Source: an uncultured Acidobacteriota bacterium (lineage in GTDB: Bacteria > Acidobacteriota > Thermoanaerobaculia > UBA5066). From it: a DNA stretch of 64,000 nucleotides. Location of the stretch: contig CAVZYA010000002.1 in the NCBI GenBank assembly GCA_963779415.1, positions 1,120,001 to 1,184,000 on the forward strand. Direction: 5' to 3'. Shown piece by piece: positions 47,018 to 61,048 of this stretch; positions within the stretch are counted from its first letter, which is position 1, and each line of letters starts with the position of its first letter. The translations under genes and the position numbers were made by a program. A model generated the notes under the pieces. It searched no databases. It was not told the DNA's origin and worked only from the letters and a program-made list of their open reading frames with translations.

Positions 47018-49102
47018 TCATCCGGGAACGAGATCCGCGTAAAGGACCGCGACGGAATGAGCCTCGGTCCGGTACGCGAGTCCCCCGACCGAGGGGGCGC
47101 TGCGCAGGGGGACGATGTCGTCCGGAGAGTCGAGGGCCGTATCGATCCAGCGGCGCCACGGTCCCGGCCGCCCCGGCCCGGGAGGCGCCAGCTCGAAGTC
47201 GAGAGGCTCCCGCCAGGCGTTCAGGATCAGGTGGATAAGGAGCCTTTCCATCGGGATCTCCGCGGAGAGGGCGAGGCTGTGGGACGCGTCGCTCCAGTCC
47301 GGCTCCCCCAGCCGGACGCCGTGCCACTCCTTCTTCGCGTCGCGGAGGAGGCGATTCAGGCTGAGGGTCGAATCCCCCGCGTCGAGGTTCCGGCGGACGC
47401 GACGCGCCGCCAGGAGGCTGACGAACCGGTGGACGTCGGCGTGCGCCGAAAGGAGGCCCCAGTCGAACCAGATCGTCTCTTCGTCGAGGCAGAAGGGGTT
47501 GTTGTTTCCCCCCTGGCTCCGCCGCACCTCGTCGCCCATCAGAATCATCGGCATCCCGAGCGAGAGGAGCGTGAAGGTCAGGAAGCTCTTCACCTGCCGG
47601 TTGCGCAGGCGCTCGATCGCCCCATCGTCCGTCGGTCCCTCGACGCCGCAGTTCCAGCTCCGGTTGTCGTCCGAGCCGTCGAGGTTCTCGAGCCCGTTCG
47701 CCTCGTTGTGCTTCCGGTCGTACGAGACGAGGTCGTTCAGCGTGAAGCCGTCGTGGCAGGTGACGAAGTTCACGCTCTGCTCCGCTTCGCGCTCCTCGTG
47801 CCCGTAGATCTCCGGGCTGCCGAGGAACCGGTCGGCGACCCGTGTCACGAGCCCCTCCTCGCCGCGGAAGAAGCCCCGGACGTCGTCGCGGAACCGCCCG
47901 TTCCACTCCCTCCAGCTGTCCCCGAGGAAACTCCCCACCTGGTAGAGGCCGGCCGCGTCCCACGCCTCGGCGATCAGCTTGCTCCCGGCGAGCGCCGGGT
48001 CCGACTCGATGTCCCAGAGAACGGGGGGGCTCGGAAGCGGCTGACCCGACTCGTCCCGCGAGAGGATCGACGCGAGATCGAACCGGAAGCCGTCCACGTG
48101 CATCTCCAGGGCCCAGTAGCGGAGGCTGTCGAGGATCATCCGGCGGACGATCGGATTGTTCGAGTTGAGCGTGTTGCCGCAGCCGCTGTAGTCGGCATAG
48201 CGCGAGCGGTCGCGTTCGAGGATGTAGTAGGCGTCGTTGTCGAGGCCGCGAAACGAGATCGTCGGTCCCTCGTGGTCCCCTTCGGCCGTGTGGTTGTAGA
48301 CGACGTCGAGGAGGACCTCGAGGCCCGCCCGGTGGAGCGACTTGACCATGTCGCGGAACTCGTCGAGGACCCCGAGAGGGTGCGGGCACGAACCGTAGGC
48401 CGGGTGGGGCGCGAAGAAGGAGACGGGCTGGTAGCCCCAGTAGTTGACGTGCCCCGGCGGGGCATCCTGAGGATCGAACGCGAAGACGGGCATCAGCTCG
48501 ACGGCCGTCACGCCGAGGCCGGTGAGATACGGGATCTTCTCGACGAGGCCGGCGAAGGTCCCGCGCCGCCCCTCCGAGACTCCGGAAGAGGGATGGCGGG
48601 TGAACCCGCGGACGTGCATCTCGTAGACGATCGTCTTCGAGGCGGGCGTCCGGAGCGGGCGATCCCCTTCCCAGTCGTAGGAGGAAGGGTTCGCGACGAC
48701 GCTCTTCATCGCCGTCGCGGCGTCGTCTCCCGGCAGCCGGGCCGCGTCGCGGCGGTATCCGTCCGGGACGGCCACGGCGAGCCCGTAGGGATCCAGGAGG
48801 AGCTTCCCGGGATCGAACCTCTGCCCGCTCGCGGGGTCGAACGGGCCGTGGGCGCGATACCCGTAGAGCTGTCCCGCCCCGACTCCCGGCACGAAGAGGT
48901 GCCAGTAGTGGTACGTCCGGTTCTTCACGGGGTCGATCGGGATCACACGGGACGGCCTGGCGTCGTCCACGCGGTCGAAGAGGACGAGATCGATGCCGGT
49001 CGTGGTCCGCGAGTAGACGCAGAAATTGACGCCGCCGCGCCGGACCGTGGCCCCGACGGGAAACGTCCTGCCGGGCGTGGGCGCGCTCACCGGCGCCGTC
49101 AC
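47018..49102 (-). CDS. glgX: glycogen debranching enzyme
   Basis: YEMHVRGFT, NYWGY, DVVYNHTAEG, DGFRFDLAS, NFVTCHDGFTLNDLVSY; GTG overlaps the pgl stop. Confidence 0.95.
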   Translation of the reverse strand: MTAPVSAPTPGRTFPVGATVRRGGVNFCVYSRTTTGIDLVLFDRVDDARPSRVIPIDPVKNRTYHYWHLFVPGVGAGQLYGYRAHGPFDPASGQRFDPGKLLLDPYGLAVAVPDGYRRDAARLPGDDAATAMKSVVANPSSYDWEGDRPLRTPASKTIVYEMHVRGFTRHPSSGVSEGRRGTFAGLVEKIPYLTGLGVTAVELMPVFAFDPQDAPPGHVNYWGYQPVSFFAPHPAYGSCPHPLGVLDEFRDMVKSLHRAGLEVLLDVVYNHTAEGDHEGPTISFRGLDNDAYYILERDRSRYADYSGCGNTLNSNNPIVRRMILDSLRYWALEMHVDGFRFDLASILSRDESGQPLPSPPVLWDIESDPALAGSKLIAEAWDAAGLYQVGSFLGDSWREWNGRFRDDVRGFFRGEEGLVTRVADRFLGSPEIYGHEEREAEQSVNFVTCHDGFTLNDLVSYDRKHNEANGLENLDGSDDNRSWNCGVEGPTDDGAIERLRNRQVKSFLTFTLLSLGMPMILMGDEVRRSQGGNNNPFCLDEETIWFDWGLLSAHADVHRFVSLLAARRVRRNLDAGDSTLSLNRLLRDAKKEWHGVRLGEPDWSDASHSLALSAEIPMERLLIHLILNAWREPLDFELAPPGPGRPGPWRRWIDTALDSPDDIVPLRSAPSVGGLAYRTEAHSVAVLYADLVPG

Positions 49103-49788
49103 GGCAGCTCTGCGGCGGCGCGGTCGGCGAGAACGAGGGCGTCGTCCGGACGGACCCGGCCGGCAGGGATCGTCTGGTCGTGAGCGAGGAGGCGCTTCAG
49201 CATGGCGACCTTTTCCCCGCCGGTGACGAGCCAGAGGACCTTGCGGGCCCGGTTCAGGACGGGATAGGTCAGCGTCATCCGCCGGCGCCCCTTGTAGAGA
49301 CCGGTCAGGGCGACGCTTCGGTCGGCGACGGCGAGGACGGGGTCGTTCGGGACGAGCGACGCCGTGTGGCCGTCGGGGCCGAGGCCGAGGTGGGCGAGGT
49401 CGAGGACCGGCGGCGAGCCGGCGAGCTTCTCGAGCATGCTCGCGTATTGGCGTGCGGCGACGCCGGGATCGGCGGCCTCCACCGGCATCGCGTGAAGCTG
49501 GGCCGGAGGGAGCGGCGCACGGGAGAGGAGACTTTCCACGAGGTGCGTGAGGTTCCGGTCCGGATCTCCCGCCGGAGCGATCCGCTCGTCGATCTGGAGG
49601 ACGTGGACGGAGGGCCAGGGGACGTCCTCGTCCGCGAGGGCGCGGAGCATCACCCACGGGGTATGACCACCGCTCACCGCAAGGACGAAGCGGCCGCGGG
49701 ACCGGACGGAGGCGCGGGCCTCGGCGGCGAGATGGGCCGCACCCTGTCGGGCGACGGAATCGGCGTCGGCGAGAACCTCGATCTTCAC
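49099..49788 (-). CDS. pgl: 6-phosphogluconolactonase
   Basis: SGGHTP, DER, LGLGPDGHTASL, RRMTLT. Confidence 0.93.
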   Translation of the reverse strand: MKIEVLADADSVARQGAAHLAAEARASVRSRGRFVLAVSGGHTPWVMLRALADEDVPWPSVHVLQIDERIAPAGDPDRNLTHLVESLLSRAPLPPAQLHAMPVEAADPGVAARQYASMLEKLAGSPPVLDLAHLGLGPDGHTASLVPNDPVLAVADRSVALTGLYKGRRRMTLTYPVLNRARKVLWLVTGGEKVAMLKRLLAHDQTIPAGRVRPDDALVLADRAAAELP

Positions 49789-49808
49789 GCGTGCATCTCC
49801 GGTCGGAA

Positions 49809-51185
49809 TCAGCGGTTCACGTTTGGGTCGCTCCAGCCGCCGGGGGGCGAGAGCTTCTGCTCCGCCTCCGCGGGGCCCCACGTGCCGGGAGCGTAGTCGA
49901 AGACCGGCGTTCCGGCCTTCAGGACCGGGTCGACGATCCGCCACGCCTCCTCGACGTAGTCCTGGCGCGCGAAGAGCGTCGAATCCCCTTCGATGGCGTC
50001 GGTCAGGACCCGCTCGTAGGCGTCCGCCTCGCCGGCCGCCGGGTGGCGGCTCGCCACCAGCTCCGTCGTCTGGCCGCTCAAGTCGTCCGAGGCTCCGAGG
50101 ATCATCGTGCCGAGGGCGACCGTCGGCTCGGGGCTGATCCGGAACCGAAGGTAGTTCGGGTCGATCTTGCTCTCCTTGATGACCGTCGGCGGCTTCTTGA
50201 GCCGGCCGAGGACTTCCGTGCAGGTGACGGGGAGGGACTTCCCGGCGCGGATGTAGAAGGGGACGCCCTTCCAGCGCCAGGAGTCGATCTCGAGCTTCAG
50301 GGCGGCGAACGTCTCGGTCTTCGACTCCTTCGCGACGCCCGGCTCGGAGAGGTATCCGGTGAACTGCCCGCGGACGAGGTCGGCCGCCTCGAGCGCCGGG
50401 ATGGCTTTCAGCATCTTGACCTTCTCGTCGCGGATCGACTCGCTGTCGGTCCGGACGGGAGGCTCCATCGTCAGGTTGCAGAGGACCTGGAAGAGATGGT
50501 TCTGGACGACGTCGCGGATGGTGCCCGTCTGGTCGTAGAAGGCGCCCCTCCCCTGGACGCCGAAGCTCTCCGCCATCGTGATCTGGATGCTATCGACGTA
50601 GTTCCGGTTCCAGAACGGCTCCATGAAGGCGTTCGCGAACCGGAAGACGGTGACGGCCTGGACCGGCTTCTTCCCGAGGAAGTGGTCGATCCGGAAGATG
50701 GCGCTCTCGGGAAACTCCGAGAAGAGAATCCGGTTCAGCCGCTGCGCCGAGGCGAGGTCCGTCCCGAACGGCTTCTCCACGACGACGCGGGCGTTCTTCG
50801 AGAGGCCGGACGTTCCGAGCTGCTCGATCACCCTGGCGAAGAGGAGGGGCGGGATGGCGAGGTAGTGCGCCGGCCGCTCCGCGCCCCCCAGCTCCTTCCG
50901 GATCGCCGCAAAGGTGGCCGGGTCGTTGTAGTCGCCGTCCACGTAGCGGAGGAGGCCCGTCAGCTTCGTGAACGCCGAGGGATCGAGCCCGCCGTGCTTC
51001 TCGAGGCTGTCCTTGGCCCGCGCCCTCATCTGGTCGAGGTTCCAGCCCGCCTTCGCGACGCCGATGACGGGGACGCCGAGGTGTCCCCGCTTCAGCATCG
51101 CCTGGAGCGACGGGAAGATCTTCTTGTACGCGAGGTCGCCCGTGGCCCCGAAGAAGACGAGTGCGTCCGACCGGGGAGCGGTCAT
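49809..51185 (-). CDS. zwf: glucose-6-phosphate dehydrogenase
   Basis: GATGDLA, EKPFG, RIDHFLGK, RDVVQNH. Confidence 0.96.
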   Translation of the reverse strand: MTAPRSDALVFFGATGDLAYKKIFPSLQAMLKRGHLGVPVIGVAKAGWNLDQMRARAKDSLEKHGGLDPSAFTKLTGLLRYVDGDYNDPATFAAIRKELGGAERPAHYLAIPPLLFARVIEQLGTSGLSKNARVVVEKPFGTDLASAQRLNRILFSEFPESAIFRIDHFLGKKPVQAVTVFRFANAFMEPFWNRNYVDSIQITMAESFGVQGRGAFYDQTGTIRDVVQNHLFQVLCNLTMEPPVRTDSESIRDEKVKMLKAIPALEAADLVRGQFTGYLSEPGVAKESKTETFAALKLEIDSWRWKGVPFYIRAGKSLPVTCTEVLGRLKKPPTVIKESKIDPNYLRFRISPEPTVALGTMILGASDDLSGQTTELVASRHPAAGEADAYERVLTDAIEGDSTLFARQDYVEEAWRIVDPVLKAGTPVFDYAPGTWGPAEAEQKLSPPGGWSDPNVNR

Positions 51186-51195
51186 GCCCTGCTCC

Positions 51196-52212
51196 TCACT
51201 TCGCCGGCTTCTCGTGATGCCCGCCGAACTGGAAGCGCATCGCCGAGAGGAGCTTGTTCTGGAAATCCGCCTCGCCGCGGGAGCTGAACCGCTCGTAGAG
51301 CGCCGTCGTCAGGACCGGCGCGGGGACGGCCTCGTCGATGGCGGCCTTGATCGTCCAGCGCCCCTCGCCCGAGTCGGAGACCCGTCCTTCGAACTTCGCG
51401 AGGGCCGGGTCCTCGGCGAGGGCCGAGGCCGTCAGGTCGAGGAGCCACGACGCGATGACGCTTCCGCGCCGCCAGACCTCGGCGATGTCGGGGAGGTTCA
51501 GGTCGTACTCGTAGTGCCCGGGATCGCGGAGCGGCGTCGTCTCGGCATCGGCCGCGTGGTCTTCTTTCCCGACGTTCGCGGCGCGCAGGATGCCGAGCCC
51601 CTCGGCGTAGGCGGCCATCAACCCGTACTCGATCCCGTTGTGGACCATCTTGACGAAGTGGCCGGCACCGTTCGGTCCGCAGTGGAGGTAGCCGTCTTCC
51701 GCGGTTCCCTTCGCCTTCTCGCGTCCCGGCGTCTTCGGGATCTCCCCCTTGCCGGGGGCCAGGCGCCTGAAGATCGGGTCGAGACGTTTCACGACGTCCG
51801 GTTCGCCGCCGATCATCATGCAGTAGCCCCGCTCGAGGCCCCAGACGCCGCCGCTCGTCCCGACGTCGACGTAGTGGATTCCCTTCGGAGCCAGCTCCTT
51901 CGCGCGGCGGATGTCGTCGACGTAATACGAGTTCCCGCCGTCGATCAGGGTGTCTCCCTTCTCGAGGAGAGGGAGGAGGTCGGCGATCGACTTGTCGACG
52001 ACGGCCGCGGGGACCATCAGCCAGATGGACCGCGGCTTGGCGAGCTTCCTGACGAAATCGGCCAGGGAGGAGGCTCCAACGGCCTTCTCTTTCGCGAGCT
52101 GGGCGACGGCCTTCGGCGACATGTCGAAGACGACGCACTCTTGGCCGCCGCCGATCAGCCGGCGGACCATGTTCGCCCCCATCCGTCCGAGACCGATCAT
52201 TCCGAGCTGCAT
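51196..52212 (-). CDS. gnd: 6-phosphogluconate dehydrogenase, short decarboxylating type
   Basis: [34 protein letters not shown]. Confidence 0.95.
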   Translation of the reverse strand: MQLGMIGLGRMGANMVRRLIGGGQECVVFDMSPKAVAQLAKEKAVGASSLADFVRKLAKPRSIWLMVPAAVVDKSIADLLPLLEKGDTLIDGGNSYYVDDIRRAKELAPKGIHYVDVGTSGGVWGLERGYCMMIGGEPDVVKRLDPIFRRLAPGKGEIPKTPGREKAKGTAEDGYLHCGPNGAGHFVKMVHNGIEYGLMAAYAEGLGILRAANVGKEDHAADAETTPLRDPGHYEYDLNLPDIAEVWRRGSVIASWLLDLTASALAEDPALAKFEGRVSDSGEGRWTIKAAIDEAVPAPVLTTALYERFSSRGEADFQNKLLSAMRFQFGGHHEKPAK

Positions 52213-52925
52213 GACGTGCTCCTTTTCCTTCTCTTCCCCGGCATCGTCCCGGCTCCTTCCCAGAGTCGGAACCCTCCCGCGAAGGCGTTCCCGTTGTCGC
52301 CGGCGCGGCACCCTTCGGGAAACTCCTTCAGCTTCTTGGCGTTTCCGCCTCCGAGGACGACGTCGTCGGGCTCGAGGGCGGCGATGAGCCTCTCGACGAC
52401 GTCTTCGACGTTCTGACGCCACTTCTTCTTCCCGAGTCTCTCGAGAGCCGCCGCGCCGACGTACTCCTCGTACGTCTTCTTCCTGTACGGAAGGTGCCCC
52501 AGCTCCATCGGCTCCACGACGCCGTCGATGATCATCGTGGTGCCGAGGCCGGTCCCGAGGCCGAGGAAAAGCATCTTTCCCCCCTTGTAGCTTCCGAGCG
52601 CCTGCATCGCCGCGTCGTTGATCACCTTGACGGGGCATCCGAAGGCGGTGGCGAAGTCGAACCCGACCCAGCCGTGGGCGAGGTTCGCCGGCTCGGCGAC
52701 GGGCCTTCCCCGGAGGACGAAGCCGGGGTAGCCGATCGAGACGGCGTCCCAGCCCCACCCCTCCGCGGCCTTCCGGACGCCGGAGACCATGAGGTCGGGA
52801 GTCAGCGTCTTCCCCGAAGGGAACCTCCGCGGCTCGCTCTCGCCCGACGCGAGGATCTTCACGTTCGTCCCGCCGACGTCCACCACGAGAACCTTCATTC
52901 CGCTCTTCTCCTTCTTTTCGGCCAT
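52197..52925 (-). CDS. ROK-family sugar kinase (polyphosphate glucokinase-like)
   Basis: [23 protein letters not shown]. Confidence 0.88.
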   Translation of the reverse strand: MAEKKEKSGMKVLVVDVGGTNVKILASGESEPRRFPSGKTLTPDLMVSGVRKAAEGWGWDAVSIGYPGFVLRGRPVAEPANLAHGWVGFDFATAFGCPVKVINDAAMQALGSYKGGKMLFLGLGTGLGTTMIIDGVVEPMELGHLPYRKKTYEEYVGAAALERLGKKKWRQNVEDVVERLIAALEPDDVVLGGGNAKKLKEFPEGCRAGDNGNAFAGGFRLWEGAGTMPGKRRKRSTSCSSE

Positions 52926-52929
52926 CGGC

Positions 52930-54576
52930 CTATCCCTTCTTCAGCGCCCCGTCCACCATCTGCTGCGCTTCGCGGACGATGGCGGCGAGGTGGGCTTCAC
53001 CCTTGAAGCTCTCGGCGTAGATCTTGTAGATGTTCTCCGTCCCGGAGGGGCGAGCCGCGAACCAGCCGCTTTTCGCGACGACCTTCAGGCCGCCGATCGG
53101 AGCGTCGTTCCCCGGCGCGCGCGTCAGCCGGGCGACGATCGGCTCGCCCGCGAGGCTCGATTCCTTCACGGCCTCCGGCGAGAGCTTCCCGAGCTTCGCC
53201 TTCTGCTCGGGAGTCGCCGCCGCGTCGATCCGGGTGTAGCAGGGGGCGCCGAACTCCCGGGTCAGGTCGCGGTAGTGCTCGCCGGGGTCGCGGCCGGTCG
53301 TGGCCGTGATCTCGGCCGCGAGGAGATCCATGATCATGCCGTCCTTGTCGGTGGTCCAGACGGTGCCGTCCTTCCGGAGGAAGCTCGCCCCGGCGCTCTC
53401 CTCCCCCCCGAAGACGAAGGAGCCGTCGAAGAGCCCCGGCGCGAACCACTTGAAGCCGACCGGCACCTCGCAAAGGCGCCGCCCGAGCTTTCCGACGACG
53501 CGGTCGATCATCCCGCTCGAGACGAGCGTCTTTCCGACCCGCGACGTCCGCGGCCATTTCGGGCGGTTCTCCAGGAGGTACTGGATCGCGACGGCGAGGA
53601 CGTGATTGGGGTTCATCAGCCCCGCCGTTGCGGTCACGATCCCGTGGCGGTCCGAGTCGGGGTCGTTCGCGAACGCGACCCGATACTCGTCCGCGAGGCC
53701 GATGAGCCGCGCCATCGCGTACGGGCTCGAAGGGTCCATCCGGATCTTTCCGTCGTGGTCGACGGTCATGAACCCGAAGGTCGGGTCGATGACCGGGTTC
53801 ACGATGGAGATGTCGAGCCCCCAGATGGAGTTGATCGGCTCCCAGTAGGGGCGGGAGGCCCCTCCGAGCGGGTCGACGGCCAGCCTCAGCCCGGCCCGCC
53901 TGATCGCTTCCATGTCGAGGATGCTTCCGAGGTCCTTGACGTAGGGGAGGACGAAGTCCTCGGCGTGCGTGGTGGCCGCCTTGGCGGCTGTCGCGTAATC
54001 GACCCGCTTGACCCCGGCGTTCTTCCCCCGGAGAAACTCGTTGGCCCGCTCCTCGATCCAGTCCGTGACGTCGGTGTCGGCGGGCCCGCCGTTCGTCGGG
54101 TTGTACTTGAAGCCGCCGTCCTCCGGCGGATTGTGGGAGGGAGTGACGACGATGCCGTCGGCGAGCGGTCCCTTCCGCCCCCGGTTGTGGACGAGGATGA
54201 GCCACGAGACGACGGGGGTCGGCGTCACACCGTCGTCCTTCTGGATCACCGTCTCGACTCCGTTCGCCGCCAGCACCTCGAGGGCGGTTCGCTCCGCAGG
54301 GGCGGAGAGCGCGTGCGTGTCCTTCCCCATGTAGAGCGGGCCGTCCGTTCCTTTCGAGCGGCGGTAGTCGCAGATGGCCTGCGTCGTCGCGAGGATGTGC
54401 GCTTCGTTGAACGACCCGCGGAGCGCCGACCCGCGGTGTCCGCTCGTTCCGAAGGCGACCCGCTGGTTCGGGTCGGCCATATCCGGCTGGCGCGCGTAGT
54501 ACTCCCGCTCGAGTCGCACCGGGTCGATCAGCATCTCCTTCGGTGCCGGTCTGCCTGCGAGGGGGGAGACGCTCAT
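52930..54576 (-). CDS. pgm: phosphoglucomutase, alpha-D-glucose-phosphate specific
   Basis: [33 protein letters not shown]. Confidence 0.96.
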   Translation of the reverse strand: MSVSPLAGRPAPKEMLIDPVRLEREYYARQPDMADPNQRVAFGTSGHRGSALRGSFNEAHILATTQAICDYRRSKGTDGPLYMGKDTHALSAPAERTALEVLAANGVETVIQKDDGVTPTPVVSWLILVHNRGRKGPLADGIVVTPSHNPPEDGGFKYNPTNGGPADTDVTDWIEERANEFLRGKNAGVKRVDYATAAKAATTHAEDFVLPYVKDLGSILDMEAIRRAGLRLAVDPLGGASRPYWEPINSIWGLDISIVNPVIDPTFGFMTVDHDGKIRMDPSSPYAMARLIGLADEYRVAFANDPDSDRHGIVTATAGLMNPNHVLAVAIQYLLENRPKWPRTSRVGKTLVSSGMIDRVVGKLGRRLCEVPVGFKWFAPGLFDGSFVFGGEESAGASFLRKDGTVWTTDKDGMIMDLLAAEITATTGRDPGEHYRDLTREFGAPCYTRIDAAATPEQKAKLGKLSPEAVKESSLAGEPIVARLTRAPGNDAPIGGLKVVAKSGWFAARPSGTENIYKIYAESFKGEAHLAAIVREAQQMVDGALKKG

Positions 54577-54609
54577 CTTACTTTTCCTTTCCTCCGGACG
54601 GCGCTCGCC

Positions 54610-57120
54610 TCACGGGACCGGGCAGGCCTTCGCGTTCCAGATCTCCGCGGCGTACCCGGCGATCGTCCGGTCGCTGGAGAACTTGCCCGAGGACGCCACG
54701 TTCAGGATCGCCTTCTTCGCCCAGGCGTCGGGGTCGGCGTAGAGGTCGCAGAGCCGCCGGTCGGCCTCGAGATAGCTCGTCAGGTCCGCGAGGTGCCGAT
54801 AGTGGTCGCCCTGGTCGAGGAGGGTGTCGCGGAGCGGGGCGAAGACGCCCGGCTCGTTCCGGCTGAAGTGGTCCGAGAAAATCAGGTCGAGCGCGGAGCG
54901 GGTCTCCGGCTCGTTGTGGTAGTGCCAGTACGGGTCGTACCAGCCGCGGCTCCCGGCCACCTGGTCCGCCGTCAGGCCGAAGAGGAAAAAGTTCTCCTCG
55001 CCGGCCTCCTCGGCCATCTCGATCGTGGCGCCGTCGCGCGTTCCGATCGTGAGCGCCCCGTTCATCATGAACTTCATGTTGCTGGTGCCGCTCGCCTCGT
55101 AGCCGGCGGTGGAGATCTGGTTCGAGACGTCGCTCGCGGGGATCACCTTCTCGGCGAGAGAGGTGTTGTATTCGGGGAGGAAGAGCACGTTCAGCCGGCC
55201 GCGCACGGCCGGGTCACCGTCGATCGTCCCGGCGAGGTTGTTCAGGAACTTGATGATCAGCTTCGCCAGCCGGTAGGCGGGGGCCGCCTTCCCGGCGAAG
55301 AAGAAGGTCCGCGGGGGAATCGCGAGGCCCGGGTTCTCCCGGAGACGGTTGTAGAGGACGACGACCCGGAGCGCGTTCAGAAGCTGCCGCTTGTACTCGT
55401 GGATCCGCTTCACCTGACTGTCGAAGATCGTGTCGGGATCCACGGACCGGCCGGAGGCCGTCCGGAGCCACCCGGCGAACCGCGACTTCGCCTCGCGCCG
55501 GGCCTTGCGGAAGGCGTCGCAAAAGCCCGCGTCGTCGGCGAGCGGCCTCAGGCGCGCGAGCTGTGACAGATCGGTGGTCCACTCGTCGCCGATGGCGTCC
55601 GTGATCGTACGGGCGAGGGCCGGATTCGCGAGGAGGAGCCAGCGCCGCGGCGTCACGCCGTTCGTCTCGTTGCGGAACCGGTCCGGGTAGATCTCGGCGA
55701 GGTCGGGAAACGTCGTCGTCCGGAGGAGGCGCGAATGGATCGCGGCGACGCCGTTCGTGGAGTGGGAGCCGACGATGCCGAGGTTCGCCATCCGGATCTT
55801 CTGGAACTCGCCCTCCTCGACGAGGCTGATGCGCGCGACGCGCCCCTCGTCTAGAGGGAAGCGCTTCCGGACGTCGTCGAGAAGGCGGCGGTTGATCTCC
55901 AGGATGATCTCGAGATCGCGCGGCACGAGGACTCGGAGCCACGAGAGCGGCCATTTCTCCAGCGCCTCGGGAAGGAGCGTGTGGTTCGTGTAGGCGAGCG
56001 TCTTCTGCGTGATCTCCCACGCGTCGTCCCACCCCAGACGCTCCTCGTCGAGGAGGATCCGCATCAGCTCGGGGACCGCGAGCGTCGGGTGGGTGTCGTT
56101 GAGCTGGACGGCGACCTTTTCCGGAAAGAGGCTCCAGTCGGCGTTGCTCTTCCGGAAGCGCCGGACGAGATCGGCCAGCGAGCAGGCGACGAGGAAATAC
56201 TCCTGGACGAAGCGGAGCCCCTTTCCCTGCGTCGTCGAGTCGTCGGGATAGAGGACCCGCGTGAGGGACTCGGCGGTCAGCGTCTCGGCGAGCGCTCCGA
56301 CGAAATCGCCGCTCGAGAACTCCTGGAAATCGAAGTCCTCGGCGGCGGCGGCGGCCCAGAGACGAAGCGTGTTGATCGTCTTTCCGCCGTAGCCGACGAC
56401 GGGGCGGTCGTAGGGGATTCCGACGAGACTCGAGGGCCGTCCCGGAATCACGCGCAGCGACCCGCCCCGGATCTCGAAGGAGCAGTTCAGACGGACCTCC
56501 ACCTTCTCGTGCGGGCGGGGGACCTCCCACGGGTCGGGGCGGCGGAGCCAGTTGTCCGCCTTTTCGCTCTGCCATCCGTCCTGAAGGGTCTGCCGGAAGA
56601 TGCCGTATTCGTACCGGAGCCCATAGCCCATGGCCGGAAGCTGCATCGTGGCCGTCGATTCGAGGAAGCAGGCGGCCAGGCGCCCCAGCCCTCCATTGCC
56701 GAGGCCGGCGTCCGGCTCCTCCTCGACGATGGCGGCCGCGTCGAGGCCCTTTTCTCTCGCGGCCCGCTCCACGACCGGTTCCAGCCGGAGGTTCACGATG
56801 TTGTTGGCCAGCGACCGGCCGATGAGGAACTCCATCGAGAGGTAATAGATGCGCTTGGGGTTTTCGCGGTCGTAAGTCTCGTTCGTCCGCACCCATCGTT
56901 GGGACAGGATGTCCCGGACGGAACGAGCCACGGCCTCGAAGCGTTCGCGAGGGCCGGCGGCCGAGGGACCGACGACGTTGTCGAAGACGAGATGGCGCTC
57001 GTAGAACGCATTGGCGGTCCCGTGGAACGGAATCGGCCCGCAGCCGTATTGGCGGAAGAGATCCGTCGGATCGGCCGCGCCCTTCGCGGCGGGGGAGGAC
57101 GTCGGCTTCCTTTCGCTCAT
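54610..57120 (-). CDS. glgP: glycogen/alpha-glucan phosphorylase
   Basis: LGNGGLGRLAACF, LNDTHP, KRIHEYKRQ, PLP site EASGTSNMKF. Confidence 0.96.
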   Translation of the reverse strand: MSERKPTSSPAAKGAADPTDLFRQYGCGPIPFHGTANAFYERHLVFDNVVGPSAAGPRERFEAVARSVRDILSQRWVRTNETYDRENPKRIYYLSMEFLIGRSLANNIVNLRLEPVVERAAREKGLDAAAIVEEEPDAGLGNGGLGRLAACFLESTATMQLPAMGYGLRYEYGIFRQTLQDGWQSEKADNWLRRPDPWEVPRPHEKVEVRLNCSFEIRGGSLRVIPGRPSSLVGIPYDRPVVGYGGKTINTLRLWAAAAAEDFDFQEFSSGDFVGALAETLTAESLTRVLYPDDSTTQGKGLRFVQEYFLVACSLADLVRRFRKSNADWSLFPEKVAVQLNDTHPTLAVPELMRILLDEERLGWDDAWEITQKTLAYTNHTLLPEALEKWPLSWLRVLVPRDLEIILEINRRLLDDVRKRFPLDEGRVARISLVEEGEFQKIRMANLGIVGSHSTNGVAAIHSRLLRTTTFPDLAEIYPDRFRNETNGVTPRRWLLLANPALARTITDAIGDEWTTDLSQLARLRPLADDAGFCDAFRKARREAKSRFAGWLRTASGRSVDPDTIFDSQVKRIHEYKRQLLNALRVVVLYNRLRENPGLAIPPRTFFFAGKAAPAYRLAKLIIKFLNNLAGTIDGDPAVRGRLNVLFLPEYNTSLAEKVIPASDVSNQISTAGYEASGTSNMKFMMNGALTIGTRDGATIEMAEEAGEENFFLFGLTADQVAGSRGWYDPYWHYHNEPETRSALDLIFSDHFSRNEPGVFAPLRDTLLDQGDHYRHLADLTSYLEADRRLCDLYADPDAWAKKAILNVASSGKFSSDRTIAGYAAEIWNAKACPVP

Positions 57121-57162
57121 CGCGAGGCCTCCTGTGTCACGGCCGGACCTACCGCGTCCTCC

Positions 57163-57762
57163 TCAGGGACTGACATGGCGGTCGTCGTTCCAGAGCCGGA
57201 TCACCGTCCGGGAGAGGTCGTGTTCGTAGCCGACCGCGCTCAGGCTCGCGGTGCCGAGAAGGAAGTGTGCCCCGGAAGCCGGGGCCCCGACGCCGATCCA
57301 GCGCGCCGCCAGCACGCGGATGAAATGTCCGCTCGAGAAGACGAGGACGTCCCCGCCGACCGAGCGAAGGCGCGCGATGACGCGGTCGGCCCGGGCGCCG
57401 ACCTCCGCCGGCGTCTCGCCGCCGGGGCAGCCGTCGCGGAAGAGCTGCCAGTCGGGGCGGGCCAAGAGGATCTCGTCGCGGGTCTTCCCCTCGTACTCGC
57501 CGTAGTTCCACTCGACGAGGTTCCGGTCGATCTCGGCGAGAGGTCCGAAGCCGGCGAGCTCGCAGGTCCGGAAGGCGCGCTTCAGCGGGCTCGAGAAGAC
57601 CTTCACGAAGGTGAGCCCCGTCAGGCGCTCCCCGAGGCGGCGGGCGTTCCGCTCCCCGCGCTCCGTCAGGGGAAGGTCGGTCAGCCCCGTGTGCTGGCCC
57701 GTAACGCTCCAGGCGGTCTCTCCGTGCCGGGCGAGCCAGACAGCCGGTAGAGATTCAGTCAT
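57163..57762 (-). CDS. histidine phosphatase family protein
   Basis: RHGETAWS, SSPLKRA, EWNYG, SGHFIR. Confidence 0.92.
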   Translation of the reverse strand: MTESLPAVWLARHGETAWSVTGQHTGLTDLPLTERGERNARRLGERLTGLTFVKVFSSPLKRAFRTCELAGFGPLAEIDRNLVEWNYGEYEGKTRDEILLARPDWQLFRDGCPGGETPAEVGARADRVIARLRSVGGDVLVFSSGHFIRVLAARWIGVGAPASGAHFLLGTASLSAVGYEHDLSRTVIRLWNDDRHVSP

Positions 57763-57916
57763 GGCCTGACGACTCCCTCCGTGAGTTCGACCGGGGAGAG
57801 TCGGCCCTGGCCGAGAGCGAAGGGTCGAAAAGGATCGTCACGTTCCCCCCGAGAACGAGTCTAGTACCACGACTCGTGCGGGAGGCGCGATGGTACGCTT
57901 TTCGATCGAGGAAGCC

Positions 57917-60578
<2,662 letters not shown>

Positions 60579-60665
60579 AACGCCGCGATCCCGCCGGCAC
60601 GAACGTCGATGCCGGTCAGCTGTCTCGATGGTGCAATCTGCTTCATTCCGGTGTATTCTGATGGC

Positions 60666-60923
60666 ATGGCAACAGTCGAAAAGCCGGTCCGGCAGAGCGT
60701 CAGTCTTCCGCCGCGTGTCGCCCGACGCGTAAAGGCCCTCGCGAAGACGAAGAGAACGAGCGCAAACCGCGTCGTCATCGACCTGATCGAGGCGGGGCTG
60801 GAATCCCGGGAACGCGAAAAGAATCTCTTCTTCGATCTTGCCGACCGTTGGCCCGCTCCTCCGAACGCCGCGGAGCAGAAACGCCTCAAGGAAGAACTCG
60901 CCCGCATGACCTTCGGCGATTGA
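60666..60923 (+). CDS. ribbon-helix-helix/CopG-like protein (orphan antitoxin-like)
   Basis: RQSVSLPPRVARRVKALAK..SANRVVIDLIEAGL; TATTCT 6 nt before ATG. Confidence 0.75.
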   Translation: MATVEKPVRQSVSLPPRVARRVKALAKTKRTSANRVVIDLIEAGLESREREKNLFFDLADRWPAPPNAAEQKRLKEELARMTFGD

Positions 60924-60929
60924 TTAATC

Positions 60930-61010
60930 TCGTTCAAGGTCTGCGGCGAAGGGAAATTCCCGAAGACGTTTCTGCTGTCAGGCCAGCCGGCGAAGGGGCA
61001 GAGACTCTGA
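60930..61010 (+). pseudogene. C-terminal remnant of the partner gene
   Basis: Start-less SFKVCGEGKFPKTFLLSGQPAKGQRL-stop directly after the RHH gene. Confidence 0.45.
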
Positions 61011-61048
61011 ACAAAGGCGTCGCTCGGCACTTCGCCACATCAGAATTC

